The notes: a model not told the origin generated them from the letters alone. Shown: positions 50,768-60,918, counted from the stretch's first letter. The stretch is 64,000 nt of DNA from Treponemataceae bacterium (GCA_963677895.2 CAXXGJ010000038.1:384001-448000), one strand, 5' to 3'. A program made the numbers and translations.

Positions 50768-51949
50768 ATGATGTCAGAAACGAGGAAACACGGACGAGGG
50801 ATTTTGCTCGTCACATGCCTGGCGGCAGCGATGATTCTGATTCTGGCCGGATGCAGCGGAGCCAAGGCGGGGAAGACCATCAAGATCGCCCTTCAGGCGC
50901 CGATCACCGGTGACTATGCTTACGAAGGCCAGATGGCCAAGCAGTCCGTCGAAGTGGCTGCCGAACTGATCAACAAGGCCGGAGGCGTTCTGGGCAAACA
51001 GGTGGAAATCGTCGTCGTGGACGACGGCTCCAACCCCAAGGATTCAGCCCTGGCCGCTCAGAAAGCCGTATCCCAGAAAGTGGTCGCCGTCATCGGCAGC
51101 TACGGTTCTTCGGTGACGGAACCGGCGGCCGATATCTATGAAAAAAACAAAATCGTGTCGGTTGGCTACGGCTGCACGGCCGTCAGGCTCACCATGGACA
51201 AGGACAGGAAATTCTTCTTCAGGACCTGCGGACGCGACGACGCCCAGGGCCTGTTCTTCGGTAAATACGCCGTGGAGACGATGGGCGCCAAACGCATCGC
51301 CATAATGCATGACAATTCCACCTTCGCGAAAGGCGTGGCCGACGAAGCCAAGAAAGCCCTCGAGCCATATATCGCGGCTGGCAAAACCGAAATCGTCTAC
51401 TTCGACGCCATCACGCCCAAGGAAAAGGATTTCTCCTCGGCGGTGACCAAGTTGCGCGAAACCAACCCGGATGTCTGGTACTTTACCGGCTATTATCCCG
51501 AAGCCGGACTCCTCATCCGCCAGGCCCGCGACGCGGGACTCAATTGCCCCTTCATCGGCGGCAACGCGGCCATCAACGACGATTTCGTGAAGATAGCCGG
51601 GCTAAACGTCGCTCAGGGCGCCCTCATGACCCAGGAGCCCCTCGTCACCGACGTGACGACGCCCATCGCCGAACAGTTTAAGGCTCTCTACGCGGAAAAA
51701 TTTAAGGAACTTCCCTCCAGCCCATGGCCAGTCTACGCGGCTGACGGACTCTACGGCATAGTGGGCGCCATCGCCAAGGCCGGCAAGACCGACAGCGCGG
51801 CGATCGCCGATGCCATGAGGACGAAGATGGACGGCGTCGAGGGCGTCACCGGCGCGGTGCTCTTCACCGAGCGCGGCGACCGCAAGGATGTGCCCTACAA
51901 GATGTACGTCGTAAGCGGCGAAGGCAAACTCGTAGTATCGGACAAGTGA
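50768..51949 (+). CDS. Branched-chain amino acid ABC transporter substrate-binding lipoprotein (LivJ/K family)
   Basis: Lipobox LAGC; INKAGGVLG, AVIGSYGSS, FFRTCGRDDAQG. Confidence 0.92.
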   Translation: MMSETRKHGRGILLVTCLAAAMILILAGCSGAKAGKTIKIALQAPITGDYAYEGQMAKQSVEVAAELINKAGGVLGKQVEIVVVDDGSNPKDSALAAQKAVSQKVVAVIGSYGSSVTEPAADIYEKNKIVSVGYGCTAVRLTMDKDRKFFFRTCGRDDAQGLFFGKYAVETMGAKRIAIMHDNSTFAKGVADEAKKALEPYIAAGKTEIVYFDAITPKEKDFSSAVTKLRETNPDVWYFTGYYPEAGLLIRQARDAGLNCPFIGGNAAINDDFVKIAGLNVAQGALMTQEPLVTDVTTPIAEQFKALYAEKFKELPSSPWPVYAADGLYGIVGAIAKAGKTDSAAIADAMRTKMDGVEGVTGAVLFTERGDRKDVPYKMYVVSGEGKLVVSDK

Positions 51950-52052
51950 CATAGGCGGTTCGCCATAGCAAGAGCGCTATAACAAACGGCGGGTACCTGA
52001 AGGACATCGACGCCCATCAGGCGCCCGCCTTTCGTAAGCGCGAAGGAGAATC

Positions 52053-52964
52053 GTGAACACCTTCATCGAGCAGCTCATCAATGGCCTGACTATCGGTTCC
52101 TTCTACGCACTCGTCGCCCTGGGATATTCCATGGTGTATGGCGTCATGAAGCTTATCAATTTCGCGCACGGCGACCTCTTCGCCTTCGGCGCCTATCTCG
52201 GCTATACGCTACTCACGAGCGCCGCGGGCAAGGTCACCGCCACGCTCGGCATCTGGGGAGGCATCGCCTTCGCCGCGTGCATCGTGGCGGCGAGCGTCGC
52301 CCTGGCGGGCGTTCTCGTGGAGAGGATCGCCTACAGACCCGTCTATCCTTCGGGCAGACTCTCCCTCGTCGTCTCGGCGCTGGGCGTGGCCATCTTTCTC
52401 CAGAACTCGATAATGGCAATCTGGGGAGCCCGGCCCCAGGCTTTCGCCGCGAGCGTCGTTCCCTCCTATCGTTTCAAGATCGCGGGCATCCCCGTCACCG
52501 AACTCCAGGTGACGATTCTCGCCATCTCCTTCGCGCTCATGTTCATCATCTGGCTCATCGTCGAAAAATCCACCTTCGGTGCCGCCGTGAGGGCTTCCGC
52601 CCTGGACAGGGAGACCGCCACCCTCGTCGGCATCGACGTGCGCAAGGTCATTTTCTTCGTCTTCGCCCTCGGCCCGGGTTTGGGCGGCGTGGCCGGGCTC
52701 ATGAACGGGCTCTATTACCGATCCATCAGCTTCAACATGGGATGGAATTACGGCCTCAAGGCCTTCACCGCGACGATTCTGGGCGGAATCGGCAACATCC
52801 CCGGCGCGATGCTCGGCGGCCTTCTCCTCGGCATCGTGGAATCCCTGCTTTCCGGCTATGTCAGCGGCGCGTGGAAGGACGTCTTCGTCTTCATCCTTCT
52901 CATCGTCACCCTCATTTTCCGGCCGACGGGACTTCTGGGCGAAAAAACGGCGGAGAAAGTCTGA
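52053..52964 (+). CDS. livH: Branched-chain amino acid ABC permease LivH
   Basis: YALVALGYSMVYG..INFAHG, KAFTATILGGIG, FRPTGLLG. Confidence 0.94.
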   Translation: MNTFIEQLINGLTIGSFYALVALGYSMVYGVMKLINFAHGDLFAFGAYLGYTLLTSAAGKVTATLGIWGGIAFAACIVAASVALAGVLVERIAYRPVYPSGRLSLVVSALGVAIFLQNSIMAIWGARPQAFAASVVPSYRFKIAGIPVTELQVTILAISFALMFIIWLIVEKSTFGAAVRASALDRETATLVGIDVRKVIFFVFALGPGLGGVAGLMNGLYYRSISFNMGWNYGLKAFTATILGGIGNIPGAMLGGLLLGIVESLLSGYVSGAWKDVFVFILLIVTLIFRPTGLLGEKTAEKV

Positions 52965-54847
52965 TGAGCATAACAAAAAATATTCTGGACAGGATTCTCT
53001 CCGCCCCGACAGAGGGAGGCAAAAGGCGCATGGACCGCAGGACGATCACCCTCGCCTCGATTGCCATCCTCTTTCTCTTCCCGTTGATGCCCTTCATAGA
53101 CAATTACTGGATCGACGTGGGATTCTACTGCGGCATTTACGCCCTCCTGGGGCTTTCGCTCAATATCGTCCTCGGCGAAGTCGGGCTCTTCGATCTGGGC
53201 CACACGGGCTTCTACGCGATCGGCGCCTATGTCACCGCCATACTCAACACGCAGTTCCATCTCCCCATCCTCCTCCTTCTGCCGATAGCTGCCCTCGTTT
53301 CCGGCCTCTTCGCCTGGATCGTCACCGCTCCCGTCATCCACCTGAAGGGCGACTATCTCTGCATCGTGACGATAGGTTTGGGCGAAATCATCCGCCTCAC
53401 GATGATCAACAATCCCTTCGGACTCACGGGCGGCCCCAACGGCATCAACGGCATAGACGGGCCCAGTTTCATAGTCCCGATCGTCTCGTCCCGGCAGTTC
53501 TACTATCTCATATGGGGGCTCATCGCCATCATCACCTTCGGCCTCATCAGGCTCCAGCGTTCCAGGGTCGGACGCGCGTGGAACTACATCCGCGAGGACG
53601 AGACGGCCGCCGAGGCCCTCGGCGTCGATGTGCGGCACTACAAGCTCGCCGCCTTCGTGCTCGGCGCGGCGCTCGCGGGTATAGCGGGCAACGTCTACGC
53701 TTCCAAGCAGATGTCGGTGTCGCCGGAAAGCTTCACTTTCATGGAGTCATCCCTGCTATTCTGCATCGTGCTTCTGGGCGGCCTGGGCTCGATTCCGGGG
53801 ACGATGCTCGGCGCCGTGGCTATCACGGTCTTCCCGGAAATCTTCAGGCCTTTCGCCAAATACAGGCTCATGTTCTTCGGTCTCGCCCTCCTTCTCATGA
53901 TGATCTTCAAGCCCGCGGGCTTTCTGCCGCGCGTCAGGGATTCGGGCGAAACGCTGCGGAAAGCATTAGGCGGCAAGCGCCGCGGGCGGCCGGTTCCAGA
54001 TGTTTCGTCGGACGGTGATTCCGGCGCTGGCTCCGCGTCCGGCGTCGGACCGGCGGCACGGGTGCCTGAACCCGCCTCGGATCTGTCCCTTCTGGAAGTG
54101 AAGGACGTTACGCTTTCGTTCGGCGGCGTGACGGCCGTCGCGGATATGGACGCCTGCGTTTCCAAGGGAAGGATCACCGCCCTCATCGGTCCCAACGGAG
54201 CGGGCAAGACGACCCTGTTCAATCTCATCACGGGCATCTACAAGCCCCTGAAGGGCCAGATCAGCTTCAAGGACGAGAAGATTTCGGGCGAGCGTCCCCA
54301 CGAGATCGTGAAGAAGGGAATTGCCCGCACCTTCCAGAACATCAGGATATTCCCCACCCTCACCTGCTTGGAGAATGTGCTTTGCGGCCAGCACTGCAGG
54401 GGAAAAGCCGGCTTTATCGGTTCTATTTTCAGGCTGCCTTCGCAGCGGCGGGAGGAGGAATCCATGTTGGCCTGCGCCGACCGCTGCCTAGAGCGGGTCG
54501 GGCTGGCGGAATCCGCCGACAAACTGGCGTCTTCCCTTCCCTACGGGAAACGCCGCTACCTGGAAATCGCCCGCGCGCTTGCCGTCAACCCTGATCTCAT
54601 CGTCCTCGACGAGCCCTCCTCGGGCCTGAACGACGCGGAGACCGAGGATTTGTCCAGGCTGCTTCTCTCTCTTCTCGCCGACGGGCTTTCGATTCTGCTT
54701 ATCGAGCACGACATGAATCTCGTGGACATGGTCAGCGACCATGTCATCGTCATGCAGACGGGAAGGAAAATCGCCGAGGGCGAGATGTGCGACATCAGGC
54801 TCAATCCGCTCGTGATCGAAGCCTATCTGGGCAAGGAAGAGGACTAG
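52964..54847 (+). CDS. Fused LivM permease + LivG ATPase
   Basis: LKGDYL, IREDETAAEALG, then GPNGAGKTT, ARTFQN, LDEP, IEHDM, EAYLG, all in one frame. Confidence 0.92.
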   Translation: MSITKNILDRILSAPTEGGKRRMDRRTITLASIAILFLFPLMPFIDNYWIDVGFYCGIYALLGLSLNIVLGEVGLFDLGHTGFYAIGAYVTAILNTQFHLPILLLLPIAALVSGLFAWIVTAPVIHLKGDYLCIVTIGLGEIIRLTMINNPFGLTGGPNGINGIDGPSFIVPIVSSRQFYYLIWGLIAIITFGLIRLQRSRVGRAWNYIREDETAAEALGVDVRHYKLAAFVLGAALAGIAGNVYASKQMSVSPESFTFMESSLLFCIVLLGGLGSIPGTMLGAVAITVFPEIFRPFAKYRLMFFGLALLLMMIFKPAGFLPRVRDSGETLRKALGGKRRGRPVPDVSSDGDSGAGSASGVGPAARVPEPASDLSLLEVKDVTLSFGGVTAVADMDACVSKGRITALIGPNGAGKTTLFNLITGIYKPLKGQISFKDEKISGERPHEIVKKGIARTFQNIRIFPTLTCLENVLCGQHCRGKAGFIGSIFRLPSQRREEESMLACADRCLERVGLAESADKLASSLPYGKRRYLEIARALAVNPDLIVLDEPSSGLNDAETEDLSRLLLSLLADGLSILLIEHDMNLVDMVSDHVIVMQTGRKIAEGEMCDIRLNPLVIEAYLGKEED

Positions 54848-54852
54848 AAACC

Positions 54853-55596
54853 ATGGCAGCTCTGCTTGAAATCAAGGATTTGTCCCTGGACTACGGGGCC
54901 GTGCGCGCCTTGGACGGCGTGTCGCTCACGGTGGGCGAAAACGAGATTGTGGCCGTGCTCGGCGCGAACGGGGCCGGCAAGACCAGCCTTCTGAAGGCGA
55001 TTTCCTGCCTCAAAAAGCCCAGTTCGGGCCAGATGCTCTTCGGCGGCCACGAGCTGGCGAGCATGCCCGCCTATACGCTGGCGGCGCAGGGCATCGCCCA
55101 TGTGCCGGAAGGGCGTCATGTCTTCGCCACCTTGAGCGTCCGCGAGAATATCATCCTCGGCAAGTACGGCGTCCGGCACGCGAGGGAAAAAGCGCGGCAG
55201 GCGGGCATGGAGGAGCGGGTTTACAACCTCTTCCCTATTCTTAGGGAGCGGCGCAACCAGCTGGCTGGCACCCTTTCCGGCGGCGAACAGCAGATGCTCG
55301 CCATAGGCCGCGCCATTGTCTCCTCGCCCTCGCTTCTCCTCCTCGACGAGCCTTCGCTGGGTCTCGCCCCCATCATCGTGCAGGAGATTTTCGCCCTCAT
55401 CAAGAAGATTCACGACGAGGAAAAAGTGGCCATCCTCCTCGTCGAGCAGAACGCGCGGAAGGCCCTCAAGGCCGCTTCCCGCGCCTACATCCTCGAGCTC
55501 GGCAAGATCGTGATCGAAGGCGAGTCGAAGAGCCTCGCGGTCGATCCGCGGGTCCAGGCCGCCTATCTGGGCGGAAAGGAATGCCAGGAAAACTGA
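54853..55596 (+). CDS. livF: Branched-chain amino acid ABC ATPase LivF
   Basis: GANGAGKTS, HVPEGR, LSGGEQQMLAIGR, LDEPSLGLAP, VEQN. Confidence 0.95.
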   Translation: MAALLEIKDLSLDYGAVRALDGVSLTVGENEIVAVLGANGAGKTSLLKAISCLKKPSSGQMLFGGHELASMPAYTLAAQGIAHVPEGRHVFATLSVRENIILGKYGVRHAREKARQAGMEERVYNLFPILRERRNQLAGTLSGGEQQMLAIGRAIVSSPSLLLLDEPSLGLAPIIVQEIFALIKKIHDEEKVAILLVEQNARKALKAASRAYILELGKIVIEGESKSLAVDPRVQAAYLGGKECQEN

Positions 55597-55692
55597 CACC
55601 CTCGATTAACGCCGCCGCTGGGGTTGTGCTATAATGCCTTTCGGCCCCGCGCGCGCGAAGCCATCCATCGGCGCGGCGCCGAAAGGGAATAT

Positions 55693-57105
55693 ATGACGAT
55701 GATGCCCTCCTCCATAAAAGATATCGCCGGCATGAAGGTCACCGTAATGGGCTTGGGCCTGCATGGCGGAGGTTTGGCGAGCGCCAAGTTTTTCAGCGAC
55801 AAGGGAGCTCTCGTCACCGTCACCGATCTGAGGGATGAAGCCACGCTGGCGCCGTCTATCGAAGCGCTTTCGGGGCGAGATATCCGCTACGTGCTGGGAC
55901 GCCACGAGACCGAGGATTTCAGGAACGCCGACATCGTCATCAAGAATCCGGCCGTAAGGCGAACCTCCCCCTTCCTCGCCGCCGCCAGAAGCCTCGAAAC
56001 CGACATTTCCGTCTTCCTCCGCTATTCGAAATCGCCCATCGTCGCGGTGACCGGTTCCAAGGGCAAGTCGTCGACGGTGAGCGCCATCCATCACGGATTC
56101 AAAGCGAACGGAATCGCCGCGCTCCTCGGCGGCAACATCACGGTTTCGCCCCTGGGTTTCCTCGATGAAACGGCCGCGGACAGGCCCGTCGTGCTCGAGC
56201 TCTCCTCCTGGCAGCTCGCCGACATGAAGGGTCTGGGTGTTTTGAAGCCCAAGGTGGCGGCGCTTACCGCGATAATGCCCGATCACATGAATTACTACGG
56301 CTCCATGGAAGAATACGTGGCCGATAAACGTCTCATCTACGCGGATCAAGACCCTTCCGACTTTACGATATGCGATTTTGACTCGACCTGGGGTCAAAGC
56401 TTCGCTTCCGAAACGAGGGGAAAGGTGCTCTGGTATTCGGGGAAGGAACTGCGCGGGGAAGGCGCCTGGCTTGCGACGATGCGCGACGGAAAGGAGCGCG
56501 GGCTGCGCCGCTCGATGAAAGAGGGATCGCCCAACGTCGAGGAGATACTCCCCTCCGGCCTTCTCGTTCCCGGCGCGCATATGCGGAAGAATCTCCTCGC
56601 CGCGGGACTCGCCCTGGGCGCCATGGGCATGGAGACCGAAAAAATCGCCTCCGCGATGGCGAGCTTTCCCGGCGTAGAGCACAGGCTTGAGTTCTTCGCC
56701 GAATCGCGCGGCGTCCGATGGTACAACGACTCCGCGGCGACGATACCCTACGCAGTCGACGCCGCGCTCTCAAGCTTCATCGATCCTGTCGTCCTCATTA
56801 CGGGCGGCACCGACAAGAACATCGATTTCGAACCCATGAAGAGGGCTTACGCCAAAGCGGCATCGATCGTCCTTCTCTCCGGCACGGGTACGGACAAGCT
56901 CATGCCGCTCCTCGCGGAGCAGGGCATCGCGTGGAAGGGGCCTTTCGACAACCTCGCCGAGGCGGTCAACGCCGCCGACGCCCTGGCCAAACCCGGTTCG
57001 GCCGTCCTGCTCTCGCCGGGCTGCGCCTCCTTCGGGATGTTCCTCCACGAATTCGACCGCGGTAAGAAGTTCAAGGAAACGGTGAGGGCTTACCTGGGGC
57101 TCTAA
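55693..57105 (+). CDS. murD: UDP-N-acetylmuramoyl-L-alanine--D-glutamate ligase
   Basis: GLGLHGGG, VTGSKGKSST, LELSSWQL, DHM, HRLE, NDSAAT, LSPGCASF..F..EFDRG..F. Confidence 0.95.
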   Translation: MTMMPSSIKDIAGMKVTVMGLGLHGGGLASAKFFSDKGALVTVTDLRDEATLAPSIEALSGRDIRYVLGRHETEDFRNADIVIKNPAVRRTSPFLAAARSLETDISVFLRYSKSPIVAVTGSKGKSSTVSAIHHGFKANGIAALLGGNITVSPLGFLDETAADRPVVLELSSWQLADMKGLGVLKPKVAALTAIMPDHMNYYGSMEEYVADKRLIYADQDPSDFTICDFDSTWGQSFASETRGKVLWYSGKELRGEGAWLATMRDGKERGLRRSMKEGSPNVEEILPSGLLVPGAHMRKNLLAAGLALGAMGMETEKIASAMASFPGVEHRLEFFAESRGVRWYNDSAATIPYAVDAALSSFIDPVVLITGGTDKNIDFEPMKRAYAKAASIVLLSGTGTDKLMPLLAEQGIAWKGPFDNLAEAVNAADALAKPGSAVLLSPGCASFGMFLHEFDRGKKFKETVRAYLGL

Positions 57106-57144
57106 CGCCTTCTGAGGCTGGAGCGCCTCATGGGTTCTGGCGCC

Positions 57145-57993
57145 TCAATGGAAGGCTATGGCCGCGTAACCGACGAAGGAATCGTCCTGCCTGATATCGA
57201 GACTCGTGGCATAGTCCAGAAGCTCGGCTTCCGTGGCACCCACTTCGATCGCGAAGCTCAGCGAGGCGACCGCCGCCCCCGCCGAACAGGCCGATCCTTT
57301 CTTGACGGCATGAGTAAGGGCAACCTCGCAGTTCATATCGAGCAGGGCGTCGATGAAGGCCTTGTCATTCACCGATTTCACCCATTTTTCGGCTTTTTCA
57401 CCTATCCCAGCCGGCATGAACCCATAGGCGGGGCCGTAATGGGTCAGATCGGTGGATCCCACGCAGGCCACCTTCTTGCCTAGCAAGGTAGAAGCCCTTC
57501 CCAAAGCGGCCCCGAGTTCCTTGGCTCCGTAGTGAGGGGGACTTCGCAGCCAGAGAATTTTCGCCTCGGGCTGCAGGGCCGCTATCATCGGCAGGAGGAC
57601 TTCCACGCTGTTGTCGACGTATTCATCGGGATGGGGCGAAGGCACACCCGAGTCGCGCAACTCATCGCCCAGGGCATCGAGCAGCTCGATATCGGCCGGC
57701 AGCTCCCCACAGACGGTCTCGAAGGAGGATTCCCTGGCGTAGAGGATGGGGCTGTTTTGCGGCAGGTGACCGCCGACGACCACGATCGTCTCGGATCCGG
57801 CAAGGGCAGCGATGGCCAGCGCCGAAAGCCTGCCGGAAAAGGACCAGCCGGCATGGGGAGAAACCACCGCGGCGGCGCCGCGGTTTTTAAGCCCCTCGGT
57901 CCACTCGGCCAGGACTCGGGTTATGGTCTCCCGATCCCTTGGATACCAGCCATTGGGGAGAGCGGACCTGCGTTTCGCTTCGCCTGTTTCCAT
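57145..57993 (-). CDS. amrB: MEMO1-family protein (AmmeMemoRadiSam system protein B)
   Basis: GWYP, VSPHAGWSFSG, DNSVEV, STDLTHYG, SACS, YATS, SFVGYAAI. Confidence 0.88.
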   Translation of the reverse strand: METGEAKRRSALPNGWYPRDRETITRVLAEWTEGLKNRGAAAVVSPHAGWSFSGRLSALAIAALAGSETIVVVGGHLPQNSPILYARESSFETVCGELPADIELLDALGDELRDSGVPSPHPDEYVDNSVEVLLPMIAALQPEAKILWLRSPPHYGAKELGAALGRASTLLGKKVACVGSTDLTHYGPAYGFMPAGIGEKAEKWVKSVNDKAFIDALLDMNCEVALTHAVKKGSACSAGAAVASLSFAIEVGATEAELLDYATSLDIRQDDSFVGYAAIAFH

Positions 57994-58116
57994 GGGGAGG
58001 TTCCTCCTCAAGCTTAGTATAGCCACTTTCCAGGGCGGGAAAAGCCTTCAACCCGAAAATTTGTGCGCAAGGCCGCTCCATCTCCTTCCGATAATCTAGA
58101 AGATCAGGAAGGGAAC

Positions 58117-59775
58117 ATGAGAAAAACACTTCGCGGGCTCGTGGCTGTCATATCGATCATCGTCGCCATTCTGGCGATAGTCTCCTTCGTCTACAGGCTG
58201 GGCGATTTACGGACATCGGGCGAGCGCTCCAGCGGAGCGGAATATTCCATCCTCCGGAATGCCCTCATGTCGCTGCAGACGGCGGGCGACCTGCAGGATC
58301 AATTCCTGCGCGAAAGACTGATAGCCCTCTACAAGGGAAGCAACCGGCTTCTGGCCGCCCAAGTCCTCGACTCGTCGGGCATGGCGCTGTGGAAGGTTCC
58401 ATCGGGCTCCTCATATTTCGCGCTTCCCAACGACGCTTCCGTACGCGCGGGTTTTTCGGCCCCGGAATGGAGCACGGTCATCTTCACGACGCCTTTGAGC
58501 GAGGGAATGAAGCTTTCGGCCATCTATGCCACCCTGCGGAGGTCGGATATTTCGCAGGCCGCCAGGGTACCCGTGATAATCAGCGCGATCTGGTGTCTGG
58601 TCGTCGCTTTGGCCATCGTCCTGCTCGGCAATGAAGGTAAGGAGAAAAATCGCTCGGATGCAGAGAATGCGCTCGAAACCACGCTGCCCCCTGAAGCCGC
58701 GATGTCTCCCGAAACGGAAACCGCTCCCGCCATGGAACCGAAGGATGAGGCCTCGGCTAAAGCCGTGGATGAGGACGAAATTACGGATGAGGACGCGGCA
58801 GCCTCGGCCGACGAAGAATTCGAAGACGAAATTCCCGACCTGTTGATCGAAGCTGATTCACCCGATGCCGAAGAAGAAGAGAAGATCGAAGCTGTCGACG
58901 AAATCCAGACAACGACGCAGCCTGCCTCCGACCTCGCTCCCTCCGGTCGGAACTTCGAAGAAAGCCTCGCCAAACTCGAGGAAGAAATAGTCGGCTGGTC
59001 CAATCGCCATGCGGATCAGTCCCCCATCGCGTCGCGGAAGGTTGAGCCGCGGCCCAAATCCGAAGAACCATCCATCAACGGACAGATCGAGGAAGAACTC
59101 GACGCCGAGATAAACGAAGAACTCGATGAATTGGAAACCCTTCCCGAAGAAGAACAGGCCGCGGAAAACGAGAATGACATAGCCGATTCGAGGGAAACCC
59201 TCCAGGAATTCGAGGAACTCAGGGCCGAGGACAGGACGGAAAAGCTCCAGCCCGTCGAGACCGCTTCCGCTCGCACTTCCGCTTCCCCTTCGGAGCGCCT
59301 GGATATAGCGAACTTGCCGATGCCCTTGTCTTTGGGCGATCCGCAGCTCGAAGCCAGGTTGAGCGAGGAACTGGGACGCGGCGCCAAGGCTGAAGTCTCG
59401 CTCATGCTCATCCATTGCGGCGTCAGTTCCCGCAGCGATCCCGCGGCCGTCGCCCTTGCCGTCACCATAAAAGACTATGTCGGCTCGAAGGAATTGGTTT
59501 TCGAGCTGTACAAAGGGGCTTTCGCGATCGTGCTCCCCTCCGTGGACCTTGGCGGCACCCTGAAGATGTCGGAGGACCTTGCCGACGTGCTCTCCGCTAC
59601 CCTGAGCCTTTATAAGGACATCGAAGGCGAAGCGCCCGTGTTTATCGGGATCTCCGCCCGTTCGGGCAGGCAGATCGACGCGTACAAGATCTACCGCGAG
59701 GCATCGACCGCGGTACACAAGGCCTATTCGGGCGGCCATTCCAGGATACTCGCCTTCAGGCCCAAGGCCGAATGA
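58117..59775 (+). CDS. Two-TM membrane protein with long acidic linker and degenerate GGDEF-like C-domain
   Basis: TM at the N-terminus and at about aa 150; D/E-rich linker; FELYKGAFAIVLP...FIGIS...AVHKA resembles the GGDEF fold without the motif. Confidence 0.65.
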   Translation: MRKTLRGLVAVISIIVAILAIVSFVYRLGDLRTSGERSSGAEYSILRNALMSLQTAGDLQDQFLRERLIALYKGSNRLLAAQVLDSSGMALWKVPSGSSYFALPNDASVRAGFSAPEWSTVIFTTPLSEGMKLSAIYATLRRSDISQAARVPVIISAIWCLVVALAIVLLGNEGKEKNRSDAENALETTLPPEAAMSPETETAPAMEPKDEASAKAVDEDEITDEDAAASADEEFEDEIPDLLIEADSPDAEEEEKIEAVDEIQTTTQPASDLAPSGRNFEESLAKLEEEIVGWSNRHADQSPIASRKVEPRPKSEEPSINGQIEEELDAEINEELDELETLPEEEQAAENENDIADSRETLQEFEELRAEDRTEKLQPVETASARTSASPSERLDIANLPMPLSLGDPQLEARLSEELGRGAKAEVSLMLIHCGVSSRSDPAAVALAVTIKDYVGSKELVFELYKGAFAIVLPSVDLGGTLKMSEDLADVLSATLSLYKDIEGEAPVFIGISARSGRQIDAYKIYREASTAVHKAYSGGHSRILAFRPKAE

Positions 59776-59798
59776 GATAAAAAGGCCGCAGGCGCATT

Positions 59799-59832
59799 AA
59801 AAGGGCCGCACGCGATCGCGTGCGGCCCTTTT
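59799..59832. terminator. Bidirectional terminator (perfect 34-bp palindrome)
   Basis: AAAAGGGCCGCACGCGATCGCGTGCGGCCCTTTT between convergent genes. Confidence 0.9.
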
Positions 59833-59849
59833 TCATGAAAAACGAGACT

Positions 59850-60779
59850 TCAGTCCACGTTTTCGATGGGGAAATTCATCCTGTCGCGCGTGAGGATGGT
59901 GTTCGAAAAGACCTCCTGCGCTTCCTTCAGCAGCTGCTTGAGTTCCTTGTCCGCGTAGCGCGGACTGTAATGGATGAGCCCCAAGAGCTTCACGCCTCCC
60001 GCGTCCCTGGCGATGGTGGCGGCCTGGCGCGCCGTCATGTGCCGTTTTTCCACGGCCGAGGCAAGCAGCGCGTCCTCGAACATCCCTTCGCAGACAAGGA
60101 GGTCGGAACCGGCGACTTCACGCGATATCTCCGGGAAATAGAGGCTGTCCGTGGCATAGCTGAATTTTCTCCCCATGCGTGGAGCCCCGAGGACGTCCTC
60201 GGGATGGACGAGTAGCCCGCTGGGCAAGATCACGTTCCCGCCGCCCTGGAGCACGGACCAGAGCGGTCCGCGCGGCACTCCCAGCGCGAGCGCTTTTTCC
60301 GGGAAGAAGGCTCCCGGACGCATATGTTCCTCGAGCGTATAGCCGTAGCAAGGTTTCGTGTGCCGCAGCCCGAAGGAACGTATCGAGAAATCCTTGTCTT
60401 CCCACAGAATTCCCGGTTCGGTGAATTCCTTCACGATGATCTCATAGTTGATGTACATATCGAGGGACCTTCTGGTCTGCTCGATATACTCGGCGATCCG
60501 GGGAGGACCGAATATGTAGAGTGGCTCCTGCCTGTCCACCTGACTGTTGAGCATCAGGATCCCAGGTAAACCCGTGACATGGTCGGCATGCATGTGCGAT
60601 ATGAAAATGGCGGTGATTTTCTTCCACCGGAGGTTCAGGCGACGGATGGATATCTGGGTCGCTTCTCCCGCGTCGAAAAGAAAGAGCTCGCCTTCGCGCC
60701 GAAGAAGTACGCTGGTAAGGTGACGGTAGGGAAGCGGCATCATGCCGCCGCAGCCCAGTACGAATGCTTCGAGATTCAT
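59850..60779 (-). CDS. rnz: Ribonuclease Z
   Basis: LFDAGEATQ, SHMHADHVTG, GVPRGP exosite, TDS, CEG, HMTA, IHYSPRY; start ATG 60779. Confidence 0.95.
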   Translation of the reverse strand: MNLEAFVLGCGGMMPLPYRHLTSVLLRREGELFLFDAGEATQISIRRLNLRWKKITAIFISHMHADHVTGLPGILMLNSQVDRQEPLYIFGPPRIAEYIEQTRRSLDMYINYEIIVKEFTEPGILWEDKDFSIRSFGLRHTKPCYGYTLEEHMRPGAFFPEKALALGVPRGPLWSVLQGGGNVILPSGLLVHPEDVLGAPRMGRKFSYATDSLYFPEISREVAGSDLLVCEGMFEDALLASAVEKRHMTARQAATIARDAGGVKLLGLIHYSPRYADKELKQLLKEAQEVFSNTILTRDRMNFPIENVD

Positions 60780-60789
60780 GTTGGCTGAG

Positions 60790-60818
60790 ACTATAGCCGA
60801 AAGAAAAGGCTTTCGCAA
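60790..60818 (-). promoter_or_regulatory. Promoter TTGCGA-N17-TATAGT, 10 nt upstream of the rnz ATG
   Basis: Read directly; no SD between the -10 and the ATG. Confidence 0.65.
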
Positions 60819-60918
60819 TGGCGCAGGTCCAGGAGACGCGCGCCCGCGGACGCCACCTCGATTCTGGACGGCATAGAGGCGCTTGAGCAACGCGGCTTCT
60901 TCGTGCAAGTATAGTACC

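Noticed and set aside
51950..52052. Hairpins between the binding-protein gene and livH
   Set aside because: Ordinary mRNA-stabilising stem-loops of ABC operons; no riboswitch or T-box motif recognised.
52277..52963. Apparent 229 aa N-terminal extension of the LivM-LivG ORF
   Set aside because: Alternative frame inside livH; the real start is the ATG at 52964 overlapping the livH stop.
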